Positions 59,431 to 64,000 of a DNA stretch of 64,000 bases are shown here, piece after piece. The number at the start of each line of letters is the position of its first letter. The first letter of the stretch is position 1. Both the position numbers and the translations under genes were made by a program. The DNA comes from Acidobacteriota bacterium. Lineage in GTDB: Bacteria; Acidobacteriota; UBA890; WLXD01. Under the pieces are notes generated by a model. The model was not told the origin of the DNA and made no database searches. It was given only the letters and a program-made list of their open reading frames with translations. The stretch covers positions 1,152,001-1,216,000 of the forward strand of contig CAXWPL010000005.1 in the NCBI GenBank assembly GCA_963666215.2. The letters are read 5' to 3'.

Positions 59431-61882
59431 CTAGCGGTCGGGCCGCAGAATCAGCCGGTGCGCCGCGTTCGATTCGACCGCGTCGCGCGTGTAGAGGAGC
59501 GGGAAGTACTCGCCGTCGGCCCACATCTGGCGCAGGTTGCCGTAGTTGGGGCTGCCCGGTTGTCCGGATTGTCCGGGGGTACTGGTAGCCACCGATCGAT
59601 CCCATTCGGCGAAGTCGAGAATCTCACGGAACGACGGTCCGCCGCCCGGCCGGGCAACGTTCACCGTGGTGCGGTCGCCGCCGCGATCGACCGGCGGTAG
59701 GTCGAAGCCCTCCCAAAGGGGATGCTCGAACGCAATGCTGTTGCGAGGCCCCCAGCGCCACGCCTCCCAATCGGCCCCTTGAGACGACTCGAGGTTGTCA
59801 AGCGCGGCTGCCAGCGCTTGCTCGTGTGACGCAGCCAAGTCCGCCAACGCCGCCGCGCCAGCATCCGGTGTCGGTGACGGCCGCTGCTGGTCTCGGAGCG
59901 CGTCACGCCAGGCGTCGTAGAGGGCGGCGGCCGGACTGTCGCGGTGAAGCTCGTGGTTCCAGTCGAGGAGCACTCCGCGTGCGCGTTCCAGCCGGTCGTC
60001 CTCGAAGGTGAAGGCGGCCAGCTCGCGCCGCCACACGCGACACCTCGTCGTACTGCAGGCGCTTGAAGGCATCCACCGAGAAGCCGTCGCCGGGTCGCGT
60101 CGAGAGCACCTCCACCAAACGCTCGTAGCGCGCCGGGTCCGCCCAGCTGTAGCCGAGCGGTGGATCGTAGCCCTCGGGCATCACATTGTGATTGGCGGTG
60201 GCGATGAAGTTGCGCGAAGGATTGAGCTCGTGCGGCAGCTCCATCGTGTCGCGGAAGCCCTGCCATTCGTAGCTGCCGTCGCCCGGCACGGGTAGCCGCC
60301 CCGTCCAGCCATCATGTCGGTCGCGCAGGGGCGTCAAGCCGGCGGCCATCCAGCCGATGTTCCCGTCGGTGTCGGCGTAGATCATGTTCTCGGAAGGCAC
60401 CTTCCAACCGCGCATGCCCTCGAGATACTCCTCCCAGCTCGACGCTTGATCGACCCGCAGTGAGCCCAGATACCCGGCGGTACCAGGTTCGCTCAGAACG
60501 GTCTTGAAGGAGTAGGCGCGACGGTTTTCCGCGTCTTCGAGAATCACCGGGCCATGATGCCCGAACTTGAGCGTGACCTCGCGAGCCTCCTCGCCGGCCA
60601 CCGCGATCGTTTCGGTGTGGCCGGTGAACTCAGCCCAGTCGCCGTTGTGCATGTAGCGATTGTCGTCTTCCGGATGGAGCTCCTCGACAAAAATATCGCC
60701 TTGGTCGATACCGACGATCGTCAGACCCCAGCCGATGCGCTCGTTGTGCCCAATCGCGACTCCGGGAAGGGCCGGCTCGCCGGAGCCAATGACGTTCCAC
60801 TCGGGAGCCACCAGGTGCACCAGGTAACGTAACGAGGGCGTAGCGATCGACCGATGCGGGTCGTTGGCCAACAGCGGCATCCCGGTTGCGCTGAGGGAGC
60901 CGTCGATGACCCAGTTGTTGCTGCCATCACCGGGCATTCGCTCGGTCACCGCGGCACCCGGAACGCGGTCACGCGACACTCGCTGCTTGCCGGCAGGCGT
61001 CGTTGCGCCGATGAGTCTTGGCAAGAAGCCGGGCAGGGGCAGGACCAACCCCGCCACGCCCGAGCTGGCGCTCGCAGCGACGCCGCGGAATCGCGGCAGC
61101 AGACTCGGCGGCGGCAGACGATCACCGAGGGCGCGGCGGCGAAAATCTTCGGGCACGATATCAACCTGCAGCCCGGCAGGGATCGCCAGCACGTCCCACG
61201 GGTCGGGGGCGTTTTCACGGTTCGCCGCCTCCAGACCGAGCTCGCGGACACGCAATAGCAGGCCGATCTCTCCCAGATTATTGCCGGTCATGGCAAGGCC
61301 GGCCATGCGCAGCACGGGCACGTCATCAGCCCAGCGCTCCAGCGGGATACCGGTGAGCTGAAACTCCACCGGGGGGTTGTCACGGCGGCGCCCGATATAC
61401 GCGTTCACCCCCGCCACAAACGCCCGAATAATGCGCTGTCCATCGGGATGATAGCTGCGGTACTCGGCGATCATGTCACCGCGATAACGCAGCAGCCGGG
61501 CGAAGCGATCATGCTCCAGGGCGACGGGTCCGAGGACCTCGGAGAGCCGTCCTTCGCCGTAGCGCCGCCACCAGTCCATCTGCCAGAGCCGATCCTGTGC
61601 GGCGACGAATCCCTGCGCGAAGAAGAGATCGTCGGCGCTCTCGGCGTAGATGTGTGCAACGCCCCACGGGTCGCGGATCACCTCCACTCGACCGGTCAAC
61701 CCAGCAAGCTCGAGCTCGCCGTCGAGCTGCGACAGGGCGTCGTTGGCAAGAGCTTCCACCTCGACGTTCGGGTCCGCCGAGCGCGCGGCGGAACCCGCGC
61801 CGCACCCGGCGGTCAGAAAGCACGCGACGGTTGCCGAACAGAGACGCCAGCAAGTAGGTGTGAAACGAAAGAGAGACCACAT
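59431..61882 (-). pseudogene. Penicillin acylase family (S45) Ntn-hydrolase, 1-bp frameshift near 60030
   Basis: V.RD.WG..HIYA, AQDRLWQM, GSNNWV, LANDPH, N..YAD..GNIG, TANHN; C-terminus PGQSGQP.SP.Y in another frame. Confidence 0.88.
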
Positions 61883-62110
61883 GGCCAAAGTCCAGTAAGA
61901 CCCGGTAGACAGGTGTGGGCGACGCACCTGGGTACACCAGTAGACCCACGATCTCAAGCGTGACGAGAGCGACAGCCGGCGGGCAGGCGCGCGATGCCTC
62001 GTCCTCCGGCGTGCACCGGGGAACACCGAGCGGCGCGCAGGGTGGGCGCGCTGCTAACATCTGCATGCCTTTTGGCGCTCCCCGCTAACTCACTTCGCAG
62101 AGGTCCGCGC

Positions 62111-63851
62111 ATGAAACGAGCTTCACTTCTGTTTGTAGCCGCGCTCGCGCTTCCATCAGCCGCTGTTGCGCAGCAGGTCCAGCCTATCGTTCACACCCTC
62201 GAGAACGGCATGACGCTGCTGCTTCTCCCGCGCCCCGGCGACCCGAACATTTCGGCTGGCTGGGTAGCCAAGGTCGGCTCGGTAAACGAGCGGCCAGGCA
62301 TTACCGGGGTTGCCCACCTGTTCGAGCACATGATGTTCAAGGGCACGCACACCATCGGCACGCAGGACATCGACGAGGATCTTCGAATTATCGCGTACCT
62401 CGACGACCTCAAGTCACAGATCGGGGTTCTCGAGAAGGATCTGCAGCGCCAGCAACGCCTCGGGATGATTGACGACTGGAAGACTCCCGAGAACCGATCA
62501 GCGGAGCATGCCCAGCTCATCGACGAGTTCGACACCGCGGTCGCTGAGCAGAAGACGCTCCTGGTCAAAGATGAGTTCGACCGGATCTACACCGGAGCGG
62601 GCGCCTCCGGAATGAACGCCGGGACGGCCAACGATCTGACGATTTACTTCATCAACGTGCGGCCAACAAGCTCGAGCTGTGGTTCTGGATGGAGTCCGAT
62701 CGCCTCGCCAACCCCGTTTTCCGCGAGTTCTACAGCGAGCGCGACGTGGTGCACGAGGAGCGCCGGCTGCGCACCGACAGCACCCCCACCGGGAAATTCG
62801 ACGAGCAGTTCGACTCCATCTTCTGGCAGTCGTCACCCTACGGCTGGCCGGTGGTGGGCTGGCCGAGCGACCTCGAGGGCATCACTCGCGAGGAGGCCCT
62901 GGACTTCTTCGACACCTTCTACGCCCCCAACAACCTGACGGCCGGCATCGTTGGCGGCTTCGACCCCGACGAAGCGATCGAGATGGCGGAGCGCTACTTC
63001 GGGCGCCTCGAGCGTGGGCAGGTGGAGCCGTGGGAACCACGCACCACCGAGGTGAAACAGAACGCCGAAAGCCGCATGGTGGCCTACGCCGACACCAACC
63101 CCCAGGTGCAGGTCCGATACCACACGGTTGCCGACCGACACGTCGATGAGCCTGCCCTGCTGGTGATGAGCAACATCCTCAACGGTCGCACGGGCAGACT
63201 GTTCAAGTCGCTGGTCGAGGAACAAGACATCGCGACCCGGGCGTCTGCGTTCGTCAACGGCATGAAGTACGAGGGCTTCTTCCAGGTCAGCGGTACGGCC
63301 AAAGACGGCAATACCCCCGAAGAAGTCGAAGCGGCGATCTATCGGGAAATCGAGAAGCTGCAGGAAGAGGCGGTCACCGAGCGCGAGCTGCAGAAGGTCA
63401 AGAACCAGAACGCCGCGGCGGAGTTCCGGCGGCTGCAGAGCTCGTTCTTCCTGCTCCTGCAGCTCCTTCAGGCCGACGCGATGAACGGCTGGGAAACGCT
63501 GAACATGACCGGGCCCGACCTCCAGGCGGTCACCGCCGACGACGTCATGCGCGTGGCGAGCACCTACTTCGAGCCTGAGAATCGCGCGGTGGCTATCTAC
63601 TACCGGAAGGAAGGGGGCGAGCCCGAAGACCCGCGTTTGGCCGAGCTCGACGAACAGAGCAAACAGCAGGTCCGCATGCTGATGCAACAGCTGGCGCAGG
63701 CAACACCCGCGGAGCTCGATCAGCTTCGCCAGCAGCTCGCGCAGTTCGAGCAGATGGGGGACCGGTCCCAGCCGAGCAGCAGGCGATGTTTGCGCTCATG
63801 ATCGAGCTGGTGCGAGAACGTGTTCAAGAGCTCGAAGGAGAAAGCCAGTGA
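62111..63851 (+). pseudogene. M16 (pitrilysin) zinc peptidase, 1-bp frameshifts near 62660 and 63762
   Basis: Signal peptide, TLENG, GVAHLFEHMMFKG; adding one C restores INVPANKLELWFWMESDR; ERDVV.EERR, PYGWPVVGW. Confidence 0.88.
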
Positions 63852-64000
63852 TCGCCCGATCGAAAGCGTACGCGTCGGTTCGTCGTCCCAACCTTCGTGG
63901 CGCGCTGATTGGCGTGGTGGCGGGCCTGGTAGGCGCCCTCCCGCTGCCCGCCAGCGCCCAGCAGATCGTGCGGCACCCGAGCGAGCTCGTGTATCCGGAG
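63848..64000 (+). CDS. Secreted protein, probably the second M16 subunit (3' end outside window)
   Basis: GTGA overlap with preceding stop; signal peptide ending ASA-Q then HPSELVYPE; M16 genes commonly occur as pairs. Confidence 0.55.
   Translation, partial: MIARSKAYASVRRPNLRGALIGVVAGLVGALPLPASAQQIVRHPSELVYPE

Noticed and set aside
1-64000. Very frequent CTCGAG/TCGA words as a repeat family
   Set aside because: Explained by preferred Leu-Glu, Val-Asp and Ile-Asp codon pairs in high-GC genes; cannot be tested without a Markov-model count

Overview
High-GC bacterial chromosomal DNA, most likely Acidobacteriota. The evidence is several PadR plus duplicated-permease (ADOP-type) loci and many secreted peptidases and hydrolases; Gemmatimonadota cannot be excluded. 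The window holds about 50 genes: c-di-GMP enzymes, BolA-Grx4, modABC, msrA, amino-acid and peptide catabolism, and a PheA-DAHP synthase fusion. It also has one intact IS481 (25-bp IRs, CCTAGC target duplication), one IS3-family element with a nonsense codon, and a REP-doublet-like element. No rRNA, tRNA or CRISPR array was seen. Highlights: (1) an unannotated Phe/Tyr leader peptide with a classical attenuator upstream of the trifunctional CM-PDT-DAHPS gene; (2) an ECF-sigma-type promoter GAAAC-N17-CGTCT seen three times, upstream of two PadR-ADOP operons and a DUF4097-DoxX operon, the last now separated from its genes by the IS3 element; (3) heavy gene erosion, with about seven deletion junctions that fuse unrelated genes, two nonsense codons, an 8-bp duplication and several 1-bp indels, some possibly sequencing or assembly errors; (4) an orphan AT-rich, res-site-like segment; (5) an atypical kinase-fold membrane protein. 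All family calls come from motif recognition by eye; no database search was run.
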